Source: a virus
IMG/VR virus record: IMGVR_UViG_3300028394_002659
DNA: 64,000 bases
Reading direction: 5' to 3' (one strand)
Made by a program: the position numbers and the translations under genes. This document shows positions 38,895 to 47,821 of this stretch, in pieces. The notes below the pieces were generated by a model. That model searched no databases. It was not told the origin of the DNA and saw nothing but the letters and a program-made list of their open reading frames with translations. How positions within the stretch are numbered: the first letter of the stretch is position 1; the number at the start of each line of letters is the position of its first letter.

Positions 38895-40573
38895 TACTAG
38901 CACACGAGATAAACAGATTAAAACAACAATATGACATAGTGTCAGTCATTGATCTAGACCAATGGCATGACTTGTCTGACTTTGATAAAAAAGCCTGGCT
39001 ACGAACAGTATTTGGTTCTGTGCATCAGCCGGTGTTTGAAAATAACCAACGCATACTGCTCACACTCACTCGTGGTGACGTTTACTCAGACAACTACAGT
39101 TTGGTTGGACAACTGCTAGAACAAGTGCAAAGACGTCTAAACGAAATTGATATCAGCAATTTTTTTGTTATATTGTTAACCACAGATGCTACCTTGCCCG
39201 AAGCATACAGCAAATCGTTTGATAGGATCAGCAGTGACCGTGTGCCAATTGAAATTGTTGTGTATGCCCAAGACATAACAAAAAAGATCGTGCGCAACGC
39301 ATATAATTCCCAAGAACCATTGAAAATAGATCTGGCTCAGTTGACTCAAGTTGACCAGGATCTACTGACCAAAAGCAAAACATTTTGTATGCTGCCTTGG
39401 ATTCATTTCCACGCCTACCCCAATGGCAAAGCATATCCTTGTTGTTCAGCAGACATGCAGTTCCCGATGGGGGACATGCGCCAGCACACCATAAAAGAAA
39501 TATGGAATCAGGAGCCCCTACGCGAGATCCGCAGAAACATGCTGAATAGCACTCCAGTACATGCTTGTAATCGTTGTTACGAGCAAGAGGAAGTGGGATT
39601 CATGAGTGGACGTATCAGTGCCAACAAACACTTTGGACACCATATAAACAAAACTCACAACACACAGCCGGATGGTACATTGGATGAATTTGAATTGACT
39701 TACTGGGACATTCGATTTAGTAATCTATGTAATTTAAGTTGTCGCAGTTGTGGCCACATCTTTAGTTCAAGTTGGTACAAAGATCAAGCCCAATTGGCAG
39801 GTCCTGAATGGAAAAAACACAACAAGGTACTAAACTATGCTGGAAGATTCGAAATAGACGCATGGGATCAATTGGTAGAACACATTGAGCACGTGGAGCA
39901 GATTTACTTTGCCGGCGGGGAACCATTGTTGATGGAAGAGCATTATCGCATCTTAGACGAACTGGTGCGACGCAAAATGTTCCATGTACGGTTGGTGTAT
40001 AACACCAACTTTACCCACACAGATTTAAAAGGACGCAGTGTATTTGAATATTGGAAACAGTTCAAATCAGTATCTGTTGGCGCCAGTCTAGATGGCATGG
40101 GACTGCCCGCTGAATACATACGCAAAGGTACCCGCTGGTATGATGTGGTAAAAAACCGTCACGAGATGATTGCAATATGTCCTGGGGTGGATTTTTATAT
40201 TAGCCCTACCTTGAGCATAATGAATGCTTGGCACCTGCCAGATTTTCATCGCGAATGGGTGGCTGCCGGGTTGATTCGTGCCCAGGATCTCAATGTAAAT
40301 ATCTTGCAAGATCCCCCGTACTATAGAATAGATATTGCACCGCAGGAATACAAACAACGACTGGAAGAAAAATATCGCAAGCACCTGAGTTGGATGAGCG
40401 ACCGGGATCCGCTACAGCGTGCCACACAAGGGTTTGAATCGGCCATTACCTTTATGAACGCAACAGACAACAGCCATTTAATTGACAAGTTCTGGGAAAA
40501 GACCAATCAACTTGATGGAATCAGAAATGAATCGTGGGCAGACGCATTGCCTGAATTGGCAGCATTAAAATGA
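38891..40573 (+). CDS. N-terminal-Twitch radical SAM protein (#3) with an extra ~150-aa N-terminal domain
   Basis: CNLSCRSC, AGGEP; FCMLPW..PCC..CNRC; ATGA coupling favours start 38891. Confidence 0.9.
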   Translation: MILAHEINRLKQQYDIVSVIDLDQWHDLSDFDKKAWLRTVFGSVHQPVFENNQRILLTLTRGDVYSDNYSLVGQLLEQVQRRLNEIDISNFFVILLTTDATLPEAYSKSFDRISSDRVPIEIVVYAQDITKKIVRNAYNSQEPLKIDLAQLTQVDQDLLTKSKTFCMLPWIHFHAYPNGKAYPCCSADMQFPMGDMRQHTIKEIWNQEPLREIRRNMLNSTPVHACNRCYEQEEVGFMSGRISANKHFGHHINKTHNTQPDGTLDEFELTYWDIRFSNLCNLSCRSCGHIFSSSWYKDQAQLAGPEWKKHNKVLNYAGRFEIDAWDQLVEHIEHVEQIYFAGGEPLLMEEHYRILDELVRRKMFHVRLVYNTNFTHTDLKGRSVFEYWKQFKSVSVGASLDGMGLPAEYIRKGTRWYDVVKNRHEMIAICPGVDFYISPTLSIMNAWHLPDFHREWVAAGLIRAQDLNVNILQDPPYYRIDIAPQEYKQRLEEKYRKHLSWMSDRDPLQRATQGFESAITFMNATDNSHLIDKFWEKTNQLDGIRNESWADALPELAALK

Positions 40574-40668
40574 CAGCATTGGCACTGGGTTGTAGCCATA
40601 GTGCTGTGTGTCACGGACAATGGGCACAACGATTACATGGATCATTAAATGAAATTACCACAAGATAA
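40570..40668 (+). pseudogene. 32-aa ORF MTALALGCSHSAVCHGQWAQRLHGSLNEITTR; probable internally deleted SGNH-hydrolase remnant
   Basis: ATGA-coupled to rSAM#3; GCSHS resembles SGNH block I and H..WA..L resembles the C-terminal helix after block V. Confidence 0.45.
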
Positions 40669-41863
40669 ATTTTGTGTACTACCTTGGATTAGCCTAGAAG
40701 CCTCACCCATTGGTACAGTGCGTCCATGCTGTCTGGCCGATGACGAAATTGTAGACAACGCAGGAAATAAGTTTGAATTAAGCACTGCCAATTTTGTGGA
40801 CATACAAAACTCAAATTACATGCGCAATCTACGCCAACAATTCCTGGACAGCGAACAACCACAAACATGTCGCAAGTGTTGGTCAGAAGAGCGTTCGGGG
40901 CGCACAAGCAAAAGAATGCACACCTTGGATAGACTCAAGCACATGGGCATTGGGTCAGAATTCACAGCAGATGCCAAACCCCTGATGTTTCTGGACCTTA
41001 AATTAGGCAATATATGTAATCTTAAATGTCGTATATGCGGGTCATGGTCCAGCAGCCAATTTGCCGCAGAAGAAATTGCACAATTGCCCCGGGACGAACA
41101 GAAAAAGTCACACGCTTACACAATGCTACGTGCTGGTGCTTGGCCCAGGGACAATCCTCAATTCTGGGATCAAATTGACTCAGTGGTCGATGACATACGC
41201 TATATTGAATTCACTGGCGGTGAGCCATTTATGATTGCAGAACACTTTGACATGCTTCGAGGCATTGTGGATCGCGGTATAGCGCATCAAGTAGAAATAC
41301 ACTACAACACAAATGGCACACAATATCCTGAGCAGGCTGAGTCAATTTGGAAGCATTTTAAAACAGTGGAAATAGCATTTTCAATAGATGATGTGGGCGA
41401 GCGTTTTGAATATCAACGCTCCAATGCTGAGTGGGCTCTGGTTTGTGAAAATCTAGATCGTTTCACAGATCTAAAGGAAATACACCCCAATATTCAACTG
41501 CAAGTGTGTACCACAGTCAACGTGTTCAATGTGCGTTATCTTGGCAACGTTGCGACTTGGCTGGAACGCAACCGTGCGAGTTTCTCTTTTGTGTACTGGA
41601 ACATGATGCACGATGCCTGGTATTTCTCAATTGCTTGTTTGCCCGATGTGGCCAAACAAGCCATCACCGAATACTTGGATTCAGTGAATACCATTTATCG
41701 TGGGGAATTTGATCGTATACGGGACTTTATGAATTCAGGTGCATCAACCGACGGCTTTATGACACGCATGAAAATTGCTGACCTAGATCGCAAACGCAAC
41801 CAAGACCTGCGCCGAGTAGCACCAGAATTGGCTGACTTGTTGCAGTACCAAAAACATGCGTAA
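40649..41863 (+). CDS. N-terminal-Twitch radical SAM protein (#4)
   Basis: CNLKCRIC, TGGEP; FCVLPW..PCC..CRKC. Confidence 0.9.
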   Translation: MKLPQDKFCVLPWISLEASPIGTVRPCCLADDEIVDNAGNKFELSTANFVDIQNSNYMRNLRQQFLDSEQPQTCRKCWSEERSGRTSKRMHTLDRLKHMGIGSEFTADAKPLMFLDLKLGNICNLKCRICGSWSSSQFAAEEIAQLPRDEQKKSHAYTMLRAGAWPRDNPQFWDQIDSVVDDIRYIEFTGGEPFMIAEHFDMLRGIVDRGIAHQVEIHYNTNGTQYPEQAESIWKHFKTVEIAFSIDDVGERFEYQRSNAEWALVCENLDRFTDLKEIHPNIQLQVCTTVNVFNVRYLGNVATWLERNRASFSFVYWNMMHDAWYFSIACLPDVAKQAITEYLDSVNTIYRGEFDRIRDFMNSGASTDGFMTRMKIADLDRKRNQDLRRVAPELADLLQYQKHA

Positions 41864-42896
41864 GATTGTGTACATGTTTCTGCAGGATCAGTCACCGAAT
41901 TGGTTTCGACCGGCCGTGCCTGTGGATTATCCTGTGGATTATTGGGATCCTGATTGCACATATGATGCAGACACTATATTTTATTATGACATGTATGGGC
42001 CATATCACAACACAATACAAACTCATTTAGATCGCGGACATTGCGTGATATTTGACGCAAAGAATGAACACTATGTGCATTATGGTCTGCATTGGGTATT
42101 TGTGCTCATGCTACAACATCCTGGGCAAGGAACAATTATTGTAAGTGGTGATAGTGCAAAGATCATTCCAGGAGTGAAAATTATTGCCACACCGTATTGG
42201 TATTGGATAACAACTCAAAGTGCGCTACATGCTTTTGAGTTAGATCAATATCAACCACAGTCACCTGGGGTAAAAAAGAAATTCTTTATGAGCATTGGGC
42301 TACACCGCCCGGAACGTGATTATCTTTATGACAGTCTGGGGGATCTATTAGAGGACAGCATACACAGTTATAGACACCGTGGAGTCTTTTTACCCGATGA
42401 TTGCTCTATGACACTACAAAATGCAGTGCCGTTAACGCTTAAAGATGCCTGGCAACGATACATCAATACAGACTGGATGGACAGTACCGTCTTTACCCTG
42501 GCTGTGGAAACTTATATTGATGATTGTGCTTTTACGGGCTACAGTTTGACTGAGAATGATCGTTTTTTCTTGAGTGAAAAGAGTTACAAGCCCATGGCCT
42601 GCAAGCATCCTATATTAATGGTCAGCACATCGGGTAATCTAGCACACTTGCGCAGTCAAGGATTTGAAACATTTCCTGAATTATGGGACGAAACATATGA
42701 TGATATCACTGACTGGCGAGAAAGAATCGACCGCATAGTACAAATTGTGCGGGACTTTGATCACAGGCTGCTCGATAATCCTGCAATTAAAGAAAAATTG
42801 TTGTATAATAGCGCAAGGTTCTTTGATCAAGACCTAACAAAAAAATTGCTCAACACCAGTATTGTTGAACCTGTATTGGAATTCGTAAATGCATAA
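41856..42896 (+). CDS. GT-B/GT10-like protein (#3)
   Basis: FTLAVET..FLSEKSYKPMACKHP, LRSQGFETFPELWDETYD. Confidence 0.55.
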   Translation: MRKIVYMFLQDQSPNWFRPAVPVDYPVDYWDPDCTYDADTIFYYDMYGPYHNTIQTHLDRGHCVIFDAKNEHYVHYGLHWVFVLMLQHPGQGTIIVSGDSAKIIPGVKIIATPYWYWITTQSALHAFELDQYQPQSPGVKKKFFMSIGLHRPERDYLYDSLGDLLEDSIHSYRHRGVFLPDDCSMTLQNAVPLTLKDAWQRYINTDWMDSTVFTLAVETYIDDCAFTGYSLTENDRFFLSEKSYKPMACKHPILMVSTSGNLAHLRSQGFETFPELWDETYDDITDWRERIDRIVQIVRDFDHRLLDNPAIKEKLLYNSARFFDQDLTKKLLNTSIVEPVLEFVNA

Positions 42897-44178
42897 ACCT
42901 GATACCATGTGTCTAGCCCCCTGGGTGCATACATATCTCTCCCCGCAAACAGAACGCAGAATGTGCTGTGCCAGCCGTGAGCCTGCACAGAACTTTGAAC
43001 AGTACATAGACACTGCCGCAGGTACAGGGCGATACATACCCGTGACTCTTGAGGCTCACTGGAATTCAGAGCACATGCGATCGGTACGGCGCAGAATGAT
43101 GGCCGGAGAAACACTACCAGAATGTGAGGTTTGCAATGACCGGTTACTCAATGTATCCGTATACCGCGATTATTTTTGGCACCTGTTCCAGGGAAGACTT
43201 GATCAAATATGGGATAGCACTGACTCAACTGGATCGACTCATATGCGCCCTGTTTCATGGGATTATAGGTTTTCAAACCTGTGCAATTTCAAATGTAGAA
43301 CCTGTGGCGACATGCTGTCCAGTGCATGGGAGACTGAACAAAAACAAAACAAAATGGTTGACTGGACTAATCCTAAAAACAATTGGATGCGAAACGATAC
43401 ACGTGCCGAAATCACAAACTTTCAGGACAGTCAAATTGAAGCCGAATTCAGTGCGGCTGTGGAGCAACATCGAGTAGAAGAAATATATTGGGTGGGTGGG
43501 GAACCGTTGATGTATGAACAGCATTGGCGCTACATGAAACGCATAATAGAACTAGAGGATGGAGGAAAATTATATGCTAGATACAATACTAATCTCAGCA
43601 GGATTGCTTATGGTGGGATTGATCTTTACCAAGATATACTTTCGAACATACGTGACTGGCAAATCTGCGCCAGTCTTGATGGAACAGGACACACTGGAGA
43701 GTATATTCGCACAGGCTTACATTATGAATCATTCCTTGACAACTTCCGACAGGGATTAAAGATAGCCACAAATCCGCGTCAAATGCGCCTGGACTTCACA
43801 CTCACACTACCGGGCATGACTGAAGTGGATCGTATGACGGCATTGGCCGCTGAGTTGGGTGTGGAAATGTTGGCCAAGGTGATCTTTAGTTTCTCACCTG
43901 ATATCATCTTGAGTCCATTGGCACTGCCTAGGCATTTATTAGACCCATGGGTTGACGAGTTAGCAGGCCGCTCCGCAGGTGCCATGCGTGATGTACTGTT
44001 ACAATTAAAGAGCCGGCCTTGTTTTGAAGAACAGTGGCCGGACACTTATCAAGCAGGGCTTGCAAAAGGCAAAGCCCGTGTGTTACGATTAGAACAAATA
44101 AGAACACAGTCAGTGACAATGACAGATATCCTGGGCTCACGTCCAGATGTATTAGAATGGTGGATGAAAATTGCTTGA
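42889..44178 (+). CDS. N-terminal-Twitch radical SAM protein (#5)
   Basis: CNFKCRTC, VGGEP; MCLAPW..MCC..CEVC. Confidence 0.9.
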   Translation: MHKPDTMCLAPWVHTYLSPQTERRMCCASREPAQNFEQYIDTAAGTGRYIPVTLEAHWNSEHMRSVRRRMMAGETLPECEVCNDRLLNVSVYRDYFWHLFQGRLDQIWDSTDSTGSTHMRPVSWDYRFSNLCNFKCRTCGDMLSSAWETEQKQNKMVDWTNPKNNWMRNDTRAEITNFQDSQIEAEFSAAVEQHRVEEIYWVGGEPLMYEQHWRYMKRIIELEDGGKLYARYNTNLSRIAYGGIDLYQDILSNIRDWQICASLDGTGHTGEYIRTGLHYESFLDNFRQGLKIATNPRQMRLDFTLTLPGMTEVDRMTALAAELGVEMLAKVIFSFSPDIILSPLALPRHLLDPWVDELAGRSAGAMRDVLLQLKSRPCFEEQWPDTYQAGLAKGKARVLRLEQIRTQSVTMTDILGSRPDVLEWWMKIA

Positions 44179-45205
44179 TACAATTGAGATAGACCTACGC
44201 GGCACAAAGAACATACTAACTGTGTACATAGACATTGCAGACAACAGTCTCAGCCGCAAATGGCTGACGGCATTAAATGATATTGTTCAAAATAGTCTGC
44301 ATTTAGAAAAGAACTACTGCTGGCTTGGCTGGACTGAAAGCGCCAGAACAGCAGAGTATCTGTGTACACAGATCAATAGATCAATCAACGCTATCAATGC
44401 CAGCACGTTGGATTATCGCATACAAGATTTCTTTAGCCCGGGCACAGTAATACAAGCAGATCTAGACGTCAATCATGCGCAAATGAATCAACTGCACAGA
44501 TACTTTGAAGATCTGCAGGGCACCGCAGGGGCAATGAGTCCGCATTACACAGCCGCAGATGATCACACACGCTGGCACATACGTCAATTGAACCTGTTGT
44601 GTCACGAACTGGAAAGTTTGGTGCTGAGCATGCGCAAGGCAGTACAGGCGCCTGAATGGCGCAGGCCCAGTCAACTCATGTGCTGGTTGAATGCCCCGCG
44701 ATTTGAATTAGAGGAACAGGATCTTGAATTGTTTGGTATAGACACAATCAATAGAAAACTGGGTGGTGTGTATGTGGGCGTAAATAAAGCAGTAGGCAAG
44801 CATCACTGGGAGGTGTTTCAAGATGAAGGTAGGGATTCGCGTATTGGTGAACTGGTTACTACAAGTCTTCGAACACAGACTCAAGCCGCTGGAGACTTTG
44901 ATATTGAATGGGCACGTGATCCCGGCGCATACCCGTGGCAAATTGCGCAATTGGCCGAATTTCGAAGGTGGCTTGAACGGAATGGATTCGACCCAACTGA
45001 CCCCGGTCTCACAATCGGCCACCCTTGTATCGGGCAAGTTGATCTTGAAAGATCATTTGGTACACAAGACCATCAAGCGATCTGGGCACAACTAGCCCAA
45101 CACCTGGATGTGTGTGCTGTGCGTACTGGTCAAGCACAGGTCACATATGATTATCACTGGAGCGATCCGGACTATATAGAGCAACAAATTAGGAGTTTAA
45201 AATGA
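44171..45205 (+). CDS. Hypothetical protein within the tailoring cluster
   Basis: 344-aa ORF coupled on both sides; His-containing motifs MNQLHRYFE, LNLLCHELE, VGKHHWE. Confidence 0.7.
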   Translation: MLDTIEIDLRGTKNILTVYIDIADNSLSRKWLTALNDIVQNSLHLEKNYCWLGWTESARTAEYLCTQINRSINAINASTLDYRIQDFFSPGTVIQADLDVNHAQMNQLHRYFEDLQGTAGAMSPHYTAADDHTRWHIRQLNLLCHELESLVLSMRKAVQAPEWRRPSQLMCWLNAPRFELEEQDLELFGIDTINRKLGGVYVGVNKAVGKHHWEVFQDEGRDSRIGELVTTSLRTQTQAAGDFDIEWARDPGAYPWQIAQLAEFRRWLERNGFDPTDPGLTIGHPCIGQVDLERSFGTQDHQAIWAQLAQHLDVCAVRTGQAQVTYDYHWSDPDYIEQQIRSLK

Positions 45206-45303
45206 ACTGGATTCGAAGACTTTGGGATAGAATTACATTAGAAATACGCTATCGTAAAAAATTAAAAGAACTGCGCAAACGAGATCCATTTATCTACAAA
45301 TGA
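45202..45303 (+). CDS. 33-aa basic peptide MNWIRRLWDRITLEIRYRKKLKELRKRDPFIYK (carbamoyltransferase-associated; not in ORF track)
   Basis: AGGAG RBS at 45191; ATGA overlaps at both ends. Confidence 0.75.
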   Translation: MNWIRRLWDRITLEIRYRKKLKELRKRDPFIYK

Positions 45304-46787
45304 ATATATTGGGCATTTCAGCAGGCTTTCATGATGCAGCCGCCACGGTCATAAGTCCCAACGGAGACATATTGTTTGCCGGCCATTCGGAACGTTATAG
45401 CAAAAAGAAAAATGATGCTGACTTCTGTACACCATTGATTAGAGAATTAGAAAACTACAATCCAATTAGCACAGTGGCATACTATGAACGCCCGGTTATG
45501 AAACAGTTGCGTCAATTGTACAGCGGCCAGGGCATTGAGTGGAACCGACTCAGTGTGAAGAAAAACATACACGATCAAATAGGTCATGCCAATTGGCAGG
45601 ACGTCAAACACTACAAGAATTACAATCATCATTTATCGCATGCGGCAGCAGGCTTTCAGACGTCACCATTCGAACGTGCCACTGTAGTTGTCATTGACGC
45701 CATTGGTGAATGGGATACCGTCAGTATCTGGGGTGCAACGTATGATCGAACAGGTCAGGCACGGTATAAAAGACTATGGCGTCAGGTTTATCCACACTCA
45801 ATCGGACTGTTCTACAGTGCAGTTACCAAGCGTATCGGCCTACATCCACTAGACGAAGAATACATCACCATGGGTATGGCAGCCTGGGGTCGCAACACCT
45901 GGTATCATGACATGCGTGAGCACGTGATAGCCAACGAGCGTGATATTGAACTGCGACACAACTTTCACACAGGCATGAGCAACGATTTCCTTATGGGTGC
46001 CAGCAACGAAAACATTGCGGCTGCCGGGCAGTTGGTGGCAGAGGATCTTATAAAACAAGTAATGATTCGCGCCAGAAACTTTGAATTTAGTTCAAATCTG
46101 GTATATATGGGTGGGGTTGCACTAAACTGTAGCGCCAATCGCATGTTAGGAGAATACTTTGATAATATATGGATTATGCCTTGTCCCGGTGATGCTGGCA
46201 GTAGCCTTGGTGCTGCCGCTTTGGCTCTTGGACATAGAATTAACTGGCGCGGTGCTAGTCTGGGGCACAATATTCCTGGGCCTTATCCCGTTAATGGCCT
46301 TTTGGATCGGCTACTTATTGAACAGATTGTTGGAGTTGCCTCCGGACGAGCCGAGTTCGGCCCCAGAGCACTGGGAAACCGTAGCCTCCTTGCAGACCCT
46401 AGAGGCAGCGAGATCAAGGAGAAAGTAAATGCAATCAAACGTAGACAACAGTTCAGACCCTTTGCGCCTGTTATTCTGGAGGAGATGGCTGACATGTACT
46501 TTGATATGCCTCGTGGTTTCAGTAACAGTAGGTATATGCAAACAATCGCTAGGTGTAGGCATACTGAGTTATTTCCTGCTATCGTTCACGTTGATGGCAC
46601 TAGTCGTGTACAAACTGTTCCCAAAGACGGATCAGGCATAAGAGAACTGCTGGAAAAATGGTACGTAATGACCGGCTGTCCCATGCTGTTAAACACCAGC
46701 TTAAACATACGTGGAGAGCCCATGGTCAATGATCGAGCAGATGCTGATCGTTTTGAACAGTTGTATGGCGTAACTGTTTGTAGTTAA
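45300..46787 (+). CDS. O-carbamoyltransferase (NodU/CmcH/TobZ family)
   Basis: ILGISAGFHDAAA, ERYSKKKND, HHLSHAA, DAIGE, GGVALNC, GDAGSSLGAA, EFGPRALGNRS, FRPFAP, HVDGTSRVQTV, LLNTSLNIRGEP. Confidence 0.95.
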   Translation: MNILGISAGFHDAAATVISPNGDILFAGHSERYSKKKNDADFCTPLIRELENYNPISTVAYYERPVMKQLRQLYSGQGIEWNRLSVKKNIHDQIGHANWQDVKHYKNYNHHLSHAAAGFQTSPFERATVVVIDAIGEWDTVSIWGATYDRTGQARYKRLWRQVYPHSIGLFYSAVTKRIGLHPLDEEYITMGMAAWGRNTWYHDMREHVIANERDIELRHNFHTGMSNDFLMGASNENIAAAGQLVAEDLIKQVMIRARNFEFSSNLVYMGGVALNCSANRMLGEYFDNIWIMPCPGDAGSSLGAAALALGHRINWRGASLGHNIPGPYPVNGLLDRLLIEQIVGVASGRAEFGPRALGNRSLLADPRGSEIKEKVNAIKRRQQFRPFAPVILEEMADMYFDMPRGFSNSRYMQTIARCRHTELFPAIVHVDGTSRVQTVPKDGSGIRELLEKWYVMTGCPMLLNTSLNIRGEPMVNDRADADRFEQLYGVTVCS

Positions 46788-47821
46788 AGATAAGTTTCTA
46801 ATCCGCCCCGGCGACGGATATCTTGTGTACAGCATGAGATACCACCGTCCCAGAAGTAACTGTGACGCAGTTCACTAATGATAGGCTCTATCCGGTGCCG
46901 ACGGCAGTAGTCAAACACTTCCCGATTGTAAGCACTAAAAATCACATGTGATTCATCTAGTACCAAGCAGTTGACATCAAACACAGTTTCGGCAACAAAG
47001 CCAGTCCACTTGTTTAGATAAGTGTCCACAAACTGTGTGAACTCTTGCGTGGGTGTTTGTCCTTGCACATACCAAGCACCTGGTGATTGTTCGTATTTGA
47101 ACTTGCCAACTTCCATTGCGGCCCAGATACTTGAATCCCAGATCTTGCATACGTCCCAGCCAGGAAAGTCTCGGGCCAAGTCCAAGTTAACATCGTGCTT
47201 GGAACTCAGCAACACTCCGGGCTTGAGAATAGCAAACACAGCATCTCCATGGCCATCTGTAATGGCTTCATGGATGCGATATTCAGGACCTAACACATTG
47301 TCCACAATCCAACGGGTCTGCTCAGGCTTTAAGAAGTCTGAGTTATCAAAAAACACATCACGACCCACACGCACAATACAACTAGCACTTGCACCATTAA
47401 GAACGCAGTTCTCGTCCCAGCCTGTAGGTCCATGCGGATTGATCACTGTGCCGCCCGCAGACTCGTACTCGCCGCACAGCCCGTCTAGTTCAGACATGGC
47501 CAACACACGCAACAGTCGGTCGCCTAGTGTGATTTGCCAGTCTCTTGGTGTGAGTGGTGGAAGAGGTGCACCGCTACCGTGAACCTGTGATTGAATAAAG
47601 CGATCACGGTCGGGCAAGTCGGGACGACGTACTCGAGCACCAAACTTTTCTATTGTGCGTTGCAAGTTAGCAAGGTCTTCTTCAGTTTCCAAAAGGATTT
47701 GTTGTAACTGATTGCGCACTTGTGCGTTCTCGATGAAGTCAAAATAGTCTGGGCTGTACGCACGGCCGACTATGACTTCTTCAAGGGGTTGCCAACTTGT
47801 ATAACTGTTAATAGGATTCAT
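46784..47821 (-). CDS. Amidinotransferase (glycine/inosamine-phosphate amidinotransferase family)
   Basis: NSYTSWQPLEEVIVGR, PRD, GHGD, FDVNCLVL, FWDGGISCCTQDIRR (catalytic Cys, His and Asp positions present). Confidence 0.85.
   Translation of the reverse strand: MNPINSYTSWQPLEEVIVGRAYSPDYFDFIENAQVRNQLQQILLETEEDLANLQRTIEKFGARVRRPDLPDRDRFIQSQVHGSGAPLPPLTPRDWQITLGDRLLRVLAMSELDGLCGEYESAGGTVINPHGPTGWDENCVLNGASASCIVRVGRDVFFDNSDFLKPEQTRWIVDNVLGPEYRIHEAITDGHGDAVFAILKPGVLLSSKHDVNLDLARDFPGWDVCKIWDSSIWAAMEVGKFKYEQSPGAWYVQGQTPTQEFTQFVDTYLNKWTGFVAETVFDVNCLVLDESHVIFSAYNREVFDYCRRHRIEPIISELRHSYFWDGGISCCTQDIRRRGGLETYL

Noticed and set aside
33995-44178. RiPP cluster (rSAM/SPASM peptide maturases)
   Set aside because: No RRE/PqqD domain, peptidase or transporter is visible and the neighbours are sugar enzymes; the only short ORF is better explained as an SGNH remnant.
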